Of a DNA stretch of 64,000 nt, positions 54,896 to 64,000 are shown one piece after another (the stretch's first letter is position 1; every line of letters starts with the position of its first letter). The DNA comes from Anaeramoeba ignava BMAN (taxonomy: Eukaryota > Protista > Anaeramoebae). The notes under the pieces were generated by a model. That model was not told where the DNA came from. It searched no databases and saw only the letters and a program-made list of their open reading frames with translations. The position numbers were made by a program, and so were the translations under genes. The stretch covers positions 103,234 through 167,233 of the forward strand of contig JAPDFW010000121.1 in assembly GCA_028826165.1 (NCBI GenBank), given 5' to 3'.

Positions 54896-56923
54896 TTATT
54901 TCTTTTCTTCATCTTCTTTTTTCTTTTCTTCTTCTTCAGGTTTCTTTTCTTCTTCTTGTTTCTTTTCTTCTTCTTGCTTCTTTTCTTCTTCTTTTTTCTT
55001 TTCAATTTCACGAATCAAATCTTGTAATTTGACATTAGAATCTTGAACTTCTTTTGTTTTTTCTTGAATCTTTTCAATATCATTACCCTTCATAACATCT
55101 TTTAAATCCTGAAGAGATTTCTGGAACATTTTAGCATCTTCTTGAGGAATTTTGTCTTTAAAAAGTGACAGCTTCTTTTCCAAATCATAAGCGTTACTTT
55201 CAGCATCATTTGAAACCTCAGCAAGTTTGCGTTTTTTCTGGTCTTCATCACGTTTTTCTTCTGCTTCCTTAATCATACGGTCGACTTCTGCCTCAGAAAG
55301 TCCGCCTGATGTTTTGATTGTGATTTGCTGTTCTTTGTTTGTCTCTTTGTCTTTTGCTGAGACATTGACAATACCGTTAGCATCAATGTCGAAAACAACT
55401 TCAATTTGAGGAGTGCCTCTTGGCGCAGGACGGATTCCAACAAGCTCAAAGTCACCGAGCATTTTGTTGTCAGCAGACATTTCACGTTCTCCTTGGAGGA
55501 CTTTGATGTTGACTTTGACCTGGTTGTCAACGGAAGTGGAAAACATTTGACTTTTCTTTGTGGGGATTGTTGTGTTTCTTGAGATGAGTCGAGTGAATAC
55601 GCCTCCAAGAGTCTCGATACCCAGGGAAAGCGGGGTAACATCGAGAAGAATAACGTCCTTGACATCGCCTTTGAGCACGCCGCCTTGGATAGCTGCTCCC
55701 ATTGCGACTACCTCGTCAGGGTTAACTCCTCTAAAGGGTTCTTTTTGGAAAAAACTTTTGACAGTTGCAATAACTTTTGGCATTCTAGTCATACCTCCAA
55801 CAAGAATGACTTGGTCGATGTTTTTAGGTGTCATCTCAGCATCCTTAAGTGCCTTCTCGCACGGCTCAATTGTTTCCTGAACCAAATCCTCGACAAGTGA
55901 CTCGAATTTGCTTCGTGACAACGAAATATTCATATGTTTTGGTCCGTGTGAATCGGCGGTTATATAAGGAAGATTAATTGTGGTTTGCAGTGCGGTTGAC
56001 AGCTCCATTTTTGCCTTTTCTGCTGCTTCTCTTAAACGCTGCAATGCCAACTTGTCTTGTGCCAAGTCAATGCCATTTTGTTTTTTGAACTCTTCGACAA
56101 GATAGTCGATCAATTTCTTGTCAAAGTCCTCTCCTCCCAAAAAGGTGTTTCCGTTTGTGCTTTTGACCTGGAAGACTCCTTTACGAAGTTCCAAGATGCT
56201 AATGTCAAAAGTGCCACCGCCAAGATCATAGACAGCGACAGTCTGGCCTTCCTTGATGTCAAGGCCATAAGCAAGTGCAGCGGCAGTTGGCTCGTTAATA
56301 ATCCGCTGCACATCAATGCCAGCAATTTTCCCGGCATCTTTTGTAGCTTGGCGTTGAGAGTCATTGAAATATGCCGGAACCGTTATAACTGCTTTTGAGA
56401 TTGGCTGAGCCAAATAATTGACAGCTGTTTCTTTCATCTTCATTAAAATGAAAGATCCGATCTGGCTTGGCGAATAAGTCTTCCCATTTGCTTCTACCCA
56501 TGCATCGCCATTTGAACCTTTTACAATCTTATAAGGAACCATTGACATGCATTTGGTTGTCATTGGATCATCGAATGTCCGGCCAATAAGCCTTTTGGTT
56601 GCAAAGAAAGTATTGAACGGATTTGTCACGGCTTGACGCTTTGCATGTTCGCCAACTAACATCTCTTGTTTGTCTGTAAAAGCAACAATGGAAGGTGTTG
56701 TCCGAAATCCTTCACTATTTTCAATTACTTTTGGTGTCTTCCCTTCAATAACAGCTACACATGAATTTGTTGTTCCAAGATCAATCCCTATTATTTTGCC
56801 TGCGTTGTTTGCTGTTCCAAAAAATTTGTTGATTATTCCCTTTTGTAAAATTGTTTGAATTGTTTTTCTTTTGTTTGTTTCGCTAATTTTTTTTAAAAAG
56901 TTTTGTCTTGAAATTCTAATCAT
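54896..56923 (-). CDS. Mitochondrial/hydrogenosomal-type Hsp70 (DnaK-like) with N-terminal presequence
   Basis: [13 protein letters not shown], the GDAWV and YSPSQIG signatures, DLGGGTFD; ~40-aa basic N-terminal extension; no EEVD or KDEL. Confidence 0.95.
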   Translation of the reverse strand: MIRISRQNFLKKISETNKRKTIQTILQKGIINKFFGTANNAGKIIGIDLGTTNSCVAVIEGKTPKVIENSEGFRTTPSIVAFTDKQEMLVGEHAKRQAVTNPFNTFFATKRLIGRTFDDPMTTKCMSMVPYKIVKGSNGDAWVEANGKTYSPSQIGSFILMKMKETAVNYLAQPISKAVITVPAYFNDSQRQATKDAGKIAGIDVQRIINEPTAAALAYGLDIKEGQTVAVYDLGGGTFDISILELRKGVFQVKSTNGNTFLGGEDFDKKLIDYLVEEFKKQNGIDLAQDKLALQRLREAAEKAKMELSTALQTTINLPYITADSHGPKHMNISLSRSKFESLVEDLVQETIEPCEKALKDAEMTPKNIDQVILVGGMTRMPKVIATVKSFFQKEPFRGVNPDEVVAMGAAIQGGVLKGDVKDVILLDVTPLSLGIETLGGVFTRLISRNTTIPTKKSQMFSTSVDNQVKVNIKVLQGEREMSADNKMLGDFELVGIRPAPRGTPQIEVVFDIDANGIVNVSAKDKETNKEQQITIKTSGGLSEAEVDRMIKEAEEKRDEDQKKRKLAEVSNDAESNAYDLEKKLSLFKDKIPQEDAKMFQKSLQDLKDVMKGNDIEKIQEKTKEVQDSNVKLQDLIREIEKKKEEEKKQEEEKKQEEEKKPEEEEKKKEDEEKK

Positions 56924-57144
56924 TTTCTATTTTTATTTTTATTTTTTGTTTTTTCAATTTTTATTGAAATTTTTATTTAGAAACTAATGTATTGAAAAAA
57001 GAAAAAAAATGAAAAAATGAAAAATTAAAAAAATTTTTTTATTTATTTAAATTTTAGTGAGTCATCATTAAAAATTTTTTTTAGGGATTATTTTGTAAAA
57101 TAAAAAAATTAGTCATTTTTAAAATTAAAATTAAAATTCCAAAA

Positions 57145-57175
57145 TATCATTTTTTCATTTTTTTTCTTTTCAAAA
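57145..57175 (+). promoter_or_regulatory. Example of the T-rich TCATTTT initiator-like element upstream of start codons
   Basis: atcattttttcatttttttcttttcaaaaATG; similar tracts precede most ATGs in the window. Confidence 0.4.
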
Positions 57176-58940
57176 ATGAATGATTGTTTATTTTTTGGTT
57201 TAAATGAAAAACCGATATTAATCAAAAATGAACGAGAAAGAATAACAAAACCAATTCAATTTAAATTTGAAAATGAAAATGAAAAACAAATTAAACAAAT
57301 TTCTTCTTCAAGTGATTATTCAATAATTTTCCTTTTTGAAAATGGAAAAGTAATGGAATATTTAAATGATTCAAAACAAAATCCTCAAAAAATCCAAATT
57401 GAAATTGAAAATATTCAAAAAGTAACTGTTGGTTTTGCAAATGTAACTATTTTAACAATAGAAGGAAATGTATTTGCCAAAGCAAGATATATTAATCCAA
57501 ATAATCCAAAAGAATTTATCAATATTTCATCATTAATTGAAGATATAAATGATAGAATAATTGAAGATATTGTTTCTGGATGGGGTTCAATTTATTTATT
57601 AACTTCAAATCAAAATGCTTATGGAATTGGTGATAATTATGATAGTCAACTTGGTTTTGATTATAAAACACTTGATAAAACAGAAAAACCAATTTTAATG
57701 ATGAAAAATGTTTCTAAAATATTTTCAGGAAATTGTTCAACTTATGTTTTTCTTTTAAATTCAAATCAAGAATTATTTGTATGTGGTGGAAATTTTTCAG
57801 GTAGACTTGGATTAGGAGAATCAAGAAAAGAACAAAAAATTGAAAAATTAACCAAAATCCAAAATATTCCAAAAGGTAAAATAATTGATATTCAATGTGG
57901 AAATTTCCATTCAATAATGTTGATTGAAAATGAAAATCAAGATGAAAATCCAAAAAGAAAACTTTATTCATGTGGAGATTATCATTGGAATGGACTTGGC
58001 AAAAATGAAAATACTTATGAATTTACTGAAATTAAATCATCTTTATTTGAAAATGATGATGATATTCTTGAAATTTCTGTTGCATATAAGCATACTTTGA
58101 TTTTAACTTCAAAAGGGAAATTAATTGGATTTGGATTAAATGATTGTGGTCAATTAGGAACTGGAAATACAGAATATCAATCAATTCCAATTCAAATTGA
58201 ACTTCCTAAATTAAGATTTAATGAAAATATTTCTAATTATCATGTTCTTTGTGGTGCTTTTTACAGATCATTTCTTTATTATTCTCCTTCTTTTTCCAAT
58301 CTTGAAGAAGATTTGATAAAATTATTTAGAAGAAAAGAATTTTGTGATATTTCATTTAAAACCGAAAATGGAGAAATAATTGAAGCTCATAAATTAATAT
58401 TGAATTATAGATTAAAAGATCAAAATCAAATTGAAATTGAAAAACTTCAAGAAATTATTTCAAATAAATCAATTCAAAGAATCAAATCAAATATTTGAAA
58501 TGATTTATTCAAATAATTTCAAAATAAATCCAATATTATATTCTGAAATTAAAGAAATTATAAATTCAAATGAAAAAATTGAAGAAACAACGAAAAGAAT
58601 TTATTTAAATGAAAAAGATTTTATAATTGAAAGAAAAGAAAAACAATATAAATTTCCAAAATTAATATTAATAATGAGAAGTGAATTATATCGAGGAATG
58701 TTTTTATCTGTAACAGAAGATAAATCAAATAAAGTTACAGATTATAGTGAATTAAGTAATAAATCATTTCAAATATTTGAATATTGGATTTATTCAAATC
58801 AAATTAAAAATGGAATTAAAATTACACAAGAAATTATTGAAGAATTAAAAAGAGGAATTGATTATTTTCAATTAAATCAAACAAATCCAAATTTATTTGA
58901 TTTATTAATTAATAAATTTAATAATCAAAATCAAAATTAA
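57176..58940 (+). CDS. RCC1 + BTB family protein with a 1-nt frameshift at ~58475
   Basis: TCAATTCAAAGAATCA versus TCAATTAAAGAATCA in paralogs; ORFs 57176-58498 and 58431-58940 join. Confidence 0.85.
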
Positions 58941-59096
58941 AATTTAAATTAAAATTAAAATTCAAAAAGAAAAAAATAAAATTAAAATTAAAATTAAAAT
59001 TAAAATTAAAAATCAAAAATTAAAATTAAAATTAAAATCAAAATCAAAATTTATTTTTTTCATTTTCATTTTTTTCATTTTTTTTCTTTTCATAAA

Positions 59097-60875
59097 ATGA
59101 ATGAAATTTTATTTTTTGGTTCAAATAAATATCCAATTTTTTTCAAAAATAAACCAGAAGAAATAACAAAACCAATTCAATTTAAATTTGAAAATGAAAA
59201 TGAAAAACAAATTAAACAAATTTCATCTTCAAATTATTCAACAATTTTCCTTTTTGAAAATGGAAAAGCAATAGAATATTTAAGTGAAAATGATTCAAAT
59301 CAAAATCCTTCAAAAATCCAAATTGAAGAAAATATTCAAAAAGTAACTATTGGTTATAGAAACGAAGCTATTTTAACAAAAGAAGGAAATGTATTTGCCA
59401 AAGGAATATATATCAATCAAGATAATCCAAATCAATTTATCAATATTTCATCATTAATTGAAGATAAAAATGATAGAATAATTCAAGATATTGTTTCCGG
59501 ATATAACACGATTTACTTATTAACTTCAAATCAAAATGCTTATGGAATTGGTGATAATTATGATAGTCAACTTGGTTTTGATTATAAAACACTTCAAAAA
59601 ACACAAAAACCAATTTTAATGATGAAAAATGTTTCTAAAATATTTTCAGGAAATTGTTCAACTTATGTTTTTCTTTTAAATTCAAATCAAGAATTATTTG
59701 GATGTGGTGGAAATTTTTCAGGTAGACTTGGATTAGGAGAATCAAGAAAAGAACAAAAAATTGAAAAATTAACCAAAATCCAAAATATTCCAAAAGGTAA
59801 AATAATTGATATTCAATGTGGAAATTTCCATTCAATAATGTTGATTGAAAATGAAAATCAAGATGAAAATCCAAAAAGAAAAGTTTATTCATGTGGAGAT
59901 TATCATTGGAATGGACTTGGCAAAGATGAAAATACTTATGAATTTACTGAAATTAAATCATCTTTATTTGAAAATGATGATATTCTTGAAATTTCTGTTG
60001 CATATAAACATACTTTGATTTTAACTTCCAATTCAAAATTAATAGTATTTGGATTAAATGATTGTGGTCAATTAGGAAATGGAGATACAAAAAATCAATC
60101 AATTCCAATTCAAATTGAACTTCCTAAATTAAGATTTAATGAAAATATTTCCAATTATCATGTTCTTTGTGGTGCTTTTTACAGATCATTTCTTTATTAT
60201 TCTCCTTCTTTTTCCAATCTTGAAGAAGATTTGATAAAACTATTTGAAAGAAAAGAATTTTGTGATATTTCATTTAAAACCGAAAATGGAGAAATAATTG
60301 AAGCTCATAAATTAATATTGAAATATAGATTAAAAGATTATGAAAATCAAATTGAAAAACTTCAAAAAATTATTTCAAAAAAATCAATTAAAGAATCAAA
60401 TCAAATATTTGAAATGATTTATTCAAACAGAATAATAAATTCAAAATTATATTCTGAAATTAAAGAAATTATAAATTCAAATGAAAAAATTGAAGAAACA
60501 ATGAAAAGAATTTATTTAAATGAAAATGAAAATGAAAATGAAAAAGATTTTATAATTGAAAGAAAAGAAAAACAATATAAATTCCCTAAATTAATATTAA
60601 TAATGAGAAGTGAATTATATCGAGGAATGTTTTTATCTGTTACAGAAGATACTTCAAATAAAGTTACAGATTATAGTGAATTAAGTAATAAATCATTCCA
60701 AATATTTGAATATTGGATTTATTCAAATCAAATTAAAGAAGAAATTAAAATTACGAATAAAATAATCAAAGAACTTGAAAGAGGAATTGATTATTTTCAA
60801 TTAAATCAAACAAATCCAAATTTATTTGATTTATTAATTAAAAATTTAATAATCAAAATCAAAAATCAAAATTAA
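59097..60875 (+). CDS. RCC1 + BTB family protein
   Basis: 592-aa ORF; the last codons are probably shifted by a missing A (LIKNLIIKIKNQN versus LIKKFNNQN). Confidence 0.9.
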   Translation: MNEILFFGSNKYPIFFKNKPEEITKPIQFKFENENEKQIKQISSSNYSTIFLFENGKAIEYLSENDSNQNPSKIQIEENIQKVTIGYRNEAILTKEGNVFAKGIYINQDNPNQFINISSLIEDKNDRIIQDIVSGYNTIYLLTSNQNAYGIGDNYDSQLGFDYKTLQKTQKPILMMKNVSKIFSGNCSTYVFLLNSNQELFGCGGNFSGRLGLGESRKEQKIEKLTKIQNIPKGKIIDIQCGNFHSIMLIENENQDENPKRKVYSCGDYHWNGLGKDENTYEFTEIKSSLFENDDILEISVAYKHTLILTSNSKLIVFGLNDCGQLGNGDTKNQSIPIQIELPKLRFNENISNYHVLCGAFYRSFLYYSPSFSNLEEDLIKLFERKEFCDISFKTENGEIIEAHKLILKYRLKDYENQIEKLQKIISKKSIKESNQIFEMIYSNRIINSKLYSEIKEIINSNEKIEETMKRIYLNENENENEKDFIIERKEKQYKFPKLILIMRSELYRGMFLSVTEDTSNKVTDYSELSNKSFQIFEYWIYSNQIKEEIKITNKIIKELERGIDYFQLNQTNPNLFDLLIKNLIIKIKNQN

Positions 60876-61026
60876 AATTAAAATTAAAATTAAAATTAAA
60901 ATTAAAATTAAAATTAAAATTTGTTTTTTGTTTTCATTTTCTTTGGGAATAAATTAATTGAAATAATTAATTCAAAAAAAAAGAAAGAAAGAAAGAAATC
61001 AATGAGGGAATTTGTTGAGAGATGAA

Positions 61027-62235
61027 TCAAAAACATTTCTTATGAATTATAGAAGGACCAGCTTCATCATATTCATATTTATTAACCCACATCTGCTCAA
61101 AAGAAGAAAGAGAAGCCAAAATAGATCCACCGATCCAAACAGAATATTTTCTTTCAGGAACAGCAATAACTTTTGTATTAAAATTTGGACCAGCCATTTG
61201 GGAAATTTCTTGAGTAATTCTTTCAGAAAAACCAGGAAACATTGTTGATCCACCAGATAAAATGATATTTTCAAACAATCCTTTTCGTAAATTATCATCA
61301 CATTTCATTATCGAATTATAAATCATTTGATGAACACCAGGTTGATATATTCCCATGAAAGACGGCTGGAATAAAACCTCAGGAGTTCGAAATGATTCAT
61401 TTCCAATTTGGATGACTTGACCGTTAGGCAATTGATAATTTCTTAATGAATTTTGTTGGATTGAAAGATCCATTTCTCTGTTAAAATCAAAAGCAACATA
61501 TCCAAGTTTTTCTTTGATATCTTTGACTACTTCTCTCTCAAAAGGCGTTTGAAATGCAAATCCTTTTTCATATAAAATTTTATTGAAAAAATCAGTCAAT
61601 TCTTTTCCTGCCAAATCCATTCTTGATATTGCATGAGGAATTGCATAGCCATCTGAGAGCGGAATCACAGAAGACACTCCATCACCAATATCCAAGACAA
61701 CTCCTGTAGTTCTTCCTGATGCATAAAGTGACAAAACGGGAGATATTGAAATGTAAATTTTTGGAATATTGAATTTTTCAAATAAAATTGATGTCATTTT
61801 TTCCCGATTTTCTTTTGGATTCAATGGAGGTTCATTTATGAGCACTGGATGCTCTTGTGGATTGATTGATAGCTTGTTATAAAATGCATAATTCCATATT
61901 TTTTCCATGTCGTCCCAATTTCGCACTATTCCATGCTCCATTGGATATTCCAACTTGAACATTCCACTTTTTGCAATTGCTTCATCTCCAACTTCAAAAA
62001 TATTTTGTTGCATTCCTGTTGTTGGATCTGAATATCCTCCTTTTGCTACAACTGTTGGAAATACTGCTTTTGGTGCATCATCTCCTGCAATTCCAATCTT
62101 AATCATTCCTGTTCCATTGTCGATTATTATTGCATCTTTTGTTGCTTTTTGTGGGATTTTATTTGTTCTTGTGTGTGTTTTTTTGCTTGGATTTGTGTTT
62201 CCGTTATCTTTTTGTTTTGTTGCACTTACTCCCAT
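61027..62235 (-). CDS. Divergent actin / actin-related protein with a basic N-terminal extension and myristoylation-type start
   Basis: ATG at 62235: [10 protein letters not shown]...; [85 protein letters not shown]. Confidence 0.93.
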   Translation of the reverse strand: MGVSATKQKDNGNTNPSKKTHTRTNKIPQKATKDAIIIDNGTGMIKIGIAGDDAPKAVFPTVVAKGGYSDPTTGMQQNIFEVGDEAIAKSGMFKLEYPMEHGIVRNWDDMEKIWNYAFYNKLSINPQEHPVLINEPPLNPKENREKMTSILFEKFNIPKIYISISPVLSLYASGRTTGVVLDIGDGVSSVIPLSDGYAIPHAISRMDLAGKELTDFFNKILYEKGFAFQTPFEREVVKDIKEKLGYVAFDFNREMDLSIQQNSLRNYQLPNGQVIQIGNESFRTPEVLFQPSFMGIYQPGVHQMIYNSIMKCDDNLRKGLFENIILSGGSTMFPGFSERITQEISQMAGPNFNTKVIAVPERKYSVWIGGSILASLSSFEQMWVNKYEYDEAGPSIIHKKCF

Positions 62236-62519
62236 TATTTTTTGTTTTGAAAAAAATGAAAATCCAAAAATTGAAAAATGAAAAAAATTTTTTTTTTTCT
62301 TTTTTAATTGGAAAATCAAATTGGAAAATTAAATTGGAAAATCAAATTGGAAAATTAAATTGGAAAATTAAAAAAGAAAAATAAATTTTTGGAAAATTAA
62401 ATTGGAAAATTAAATTGGAAAATTAAATTGGAAAATTAAAAAGGAAAATTAAATTGGAAAATCAAATTGGAAAGAAAATTAAAAAAAAAGAAAAATAAAT
62501 TTTTGGAAAATGAAATTGC

Positions 62520-62975
62520 TTAAAGAATAATGCATTTCATTTTTGGTTGAACTTGATAAGTTTGGGTTTGATACGTTTGAGTTTGATAATCTGGAGTATT
62601 TTGATAACTTGTTGTTGTTGTTGTTTGATAATTTGGATTTGATTGATAAGTTGTTGATTGATAAGTTGGATTTGATTGATAAGTTGGATTTGTTTGATAA
62701 GTTGGATTTGTTTGATAAGTTGTTGATTGATAAGTTATTGTTGAATCATTCTCTCCACTTGTGAAAACTAAATTAATTGTTGTTTCTTGCATTATATTGC
62801 ATTCCTTAATATTTTGATCGTTTCTTAAATCAGATCCTTGATAAGTTAATTTTTGATTTGCAACTGGAATTCCTTGTGTTGATTCAATTAATTGTTTAAG
62901 TTTTAAAATTGAATCATATTCATTAATATCATATGGAAAAATTTTCCCAGTTGAAGTTTGAACATAAATTTTCAT
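62520..62975 (-). CDS. Ubiquitin-fold protein with (YQT/SNPT)n tail and C-terminal CaaX (CIIL)
   Basis: MKIYVQTSTGKIF...LKQLIESTQGIPVANQKLTYQGSDL...IMQETTINLV; no di-Gly; ends KMKCIIL. Confidence 0.88.
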   Translation of the reverse strand: MKIYVQTSTGKIFPYDINEYDSILKLKQLIESTQGIPVANQKLTYQGSDLRNDQNIKECNIMQETTINLVFTSGENDSTITYQSTTYQTNPTYQTNPTYQSNPTYQSTTYQSNPNYQTTTTTSYQNTPDYQTQTYQTQTYQVQPKMKCIIL

Positions 62976-63206
62976 TTGAATTGTTTAATAAAAAATAAAA
63001 TAAAAAGAAGAATGAAAATAATTTTTCATTTTCTCAAAAAAAAAGAAAAAAAAAAAGAAAGAAAAAAATGAAAATAATTTTTTTTTTCATTTTCTCAATA
63101 AAAAAAGAAGAATAAAAAAGAAAGGAAAATTAAAAAAGAAAGAAGAATAAAAAAGAAAGGAAAATTTAAAAGGAAAGAAAAATAAATTTTTGGAAAATGA
63201 AATTGC

Positions 63207-63662
63207 TTAAAGAATATTGCATGCTTTTCGTTGAGCTTTATAAGTTTGAGTTTGATACGTTTGGGTTTGATAAGTTTGAGTTTGATAATCTGGAGTATTT
63301 TGATAACTTGTTGTTGTTGTTGTTTGATAAGTTGGATTTGATTGATAAGTTGGATTTGTTTGATAAGTTGGAGTTGATTGATAAGTTGGATTTGTTTGAT
63401 AAGTTGGATTTGTTTGATAAGTTATTGTTGAATCATTCTCTCCACTTGTGAAAACTAAATTAATTGTTGTTTCTTGCATTATATTGCATTCCTTAATATT
63501 TTGATCGTTTCTTAAATCAGATCCTTGATAAGTTAATTTTTGATTTGCAACTGGAATTCCTTGTGTTGATTCAATTAATTGTTTAAGTTTTAAAATTGAA
63601 TCATATTCATTAATATCATATGGAAAAATTTTCCCAGTTGAAGTTTGAACATAAATTTTCAT
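63207..63662 (-). CDS. Tandem paralog of the ubiquitin-fold CaaX protein (ends CNIL)
   Basis: Ubl domain identical to 62520-62975; tail repeats differ; ends KAQRKACNIL. Confidence 0.88.
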   Translation of the reverse strand: MKIYVQTSTGKIFPYDINEYDSILKLKQLIESTQGIPVANQKLTYQGSDLRNDQNIKECNIMQETTINLVFTSGENDSTITYQTNPTYQTNPTYQSTPTYQTNPTYQSNPTYQTTTTTSYQNTPDYQTQTYQTQTYQTQTYKAQRKACNIL

Positions 63663-63898
63663 TTGAATTGTTTAATAAAAAATAAAATAAAAAGAAGAAT
63701 GAAAAGAATGAAAAAAAAGAAAGAAAAAAATGAAAATAAATTTTTTTTTTCATTAAAAATATTAAATTAAAATTATTTAAAAAATTGAATTAGAATTGAT
63801 TTTATTTTGATTTTGGATTATTTCCTTGATAACTGAGAAAAAAAAATCATCCCAAAAAAAAATTAGAGATGATTGCAATTGCTTAATTTTGATTTGAG

Positions 63899-64000
63899 TT
63901 ATTTTCTGTGTTTTTTGTGAAATGCGTAATTTAATAAATCCATTAAATTTGGATTTGTTTGATTTAATTGAAAATAATCAATTCCAGTTTCAAGTTCTTT
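63899..64000 (-). CDS. 3' end of a further RCC1-BTB family gene (truncated by window end)
   Basis: KELETGIDYFQLNQTNPNLMDLLNYAFHKKHRK-stop matches the family C-terminus with a different tail. Confidence 0.8.
   Translation of the reverse strand, partial: KELETGIDYFQLNQTNPNLMDLLNYAFHKKHRK

Noticed and set aside
55227-56858. Short overlapping or antisense ORFs within Hsp70, actin and the GTPase gene
   Set aside because: Expected by-products of higher GC in conserved coding sequence; no independent motifs.
44388-56923. Inteins or Hint domains in the large GTPase, primase or Hsp70
   Set aside because: No C...HN-C/S/T splice junctions or LAGLIDADG motifs were seen; the conserved proteins are collinear with homologs.
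24340-60850. Programmed ribosomal frameshifting at the 1-nt shifts (24352, 52860, 58475, 60840)
   Set aside because: The positions are not shared between paralogs and mostly lie in short homopolymers; sequencing error or pseudogenisation is more parsimonious.
62236-62319. ORF-track N-terminal extensions of actin (also E2-A 9296-9433, GPCR 13353-13379 and 29360-29566)
   Set aside because: They run through T-rich 5' leaders from non-ATG or implausible starts; the downstream ATGs have the typical AAA-ATG context.

Overview
Extremely AT-rich, intron-containing eukaryotic (protist) genomic DNA, using the standard genetic code with GT-AG introns. The composition (QN/EN hexamer microsatellites), the expanded RCC1-BTB family and an organellar Hsp70 with a presequence suggest an anaerobic metamonad such as Anaeramoeba; this is inference, not verified. 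About 22 protein-coding loci can be assembled: seven copies of an intronless RCC1-propeller + BTB gene family (two cut by the window edges), a synergin-gamma-like gene, an inverted pair of UBE2E-type E2 genes flanking two cAR/GCR1-like 7TM receptor genes, a protein with a GRALxKH...FxGFLEP nuclease-toxin-like domain, a CH/SH3-like/RasGEF protein, a DENN Rab-GEF, a bacterial-type GyrI-like protein, TMEM120, WDR7, the DNA primase small subunit, a ~2400-aa GBP/VLIG-type GTPase + Cys/His-rich + vWA protein, mitochondrial-type Hsp70, a probably N-myristoylated divergent actin and two CaaX-tailed ubiquitin-fold proteins. The strongest unexplained signals are: (1) antibody-like hypervariable loops in otherwise near-identical RCC1-BTB paralogs; (2) four sequence-distinct intergenic tandem arrays that all have a ~143-145 bp period; (3) A-rich hexamer repeats that always lie on the sense strand; (4) adjacent lipid-anchored actin and ubiquitin-fold genes. 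Most short ORFs in the supplied track are artefacts of hexamer repeats. Several single-base frameshifts and the 14.4-16.6 kb stretch look like consensus or assembly error.
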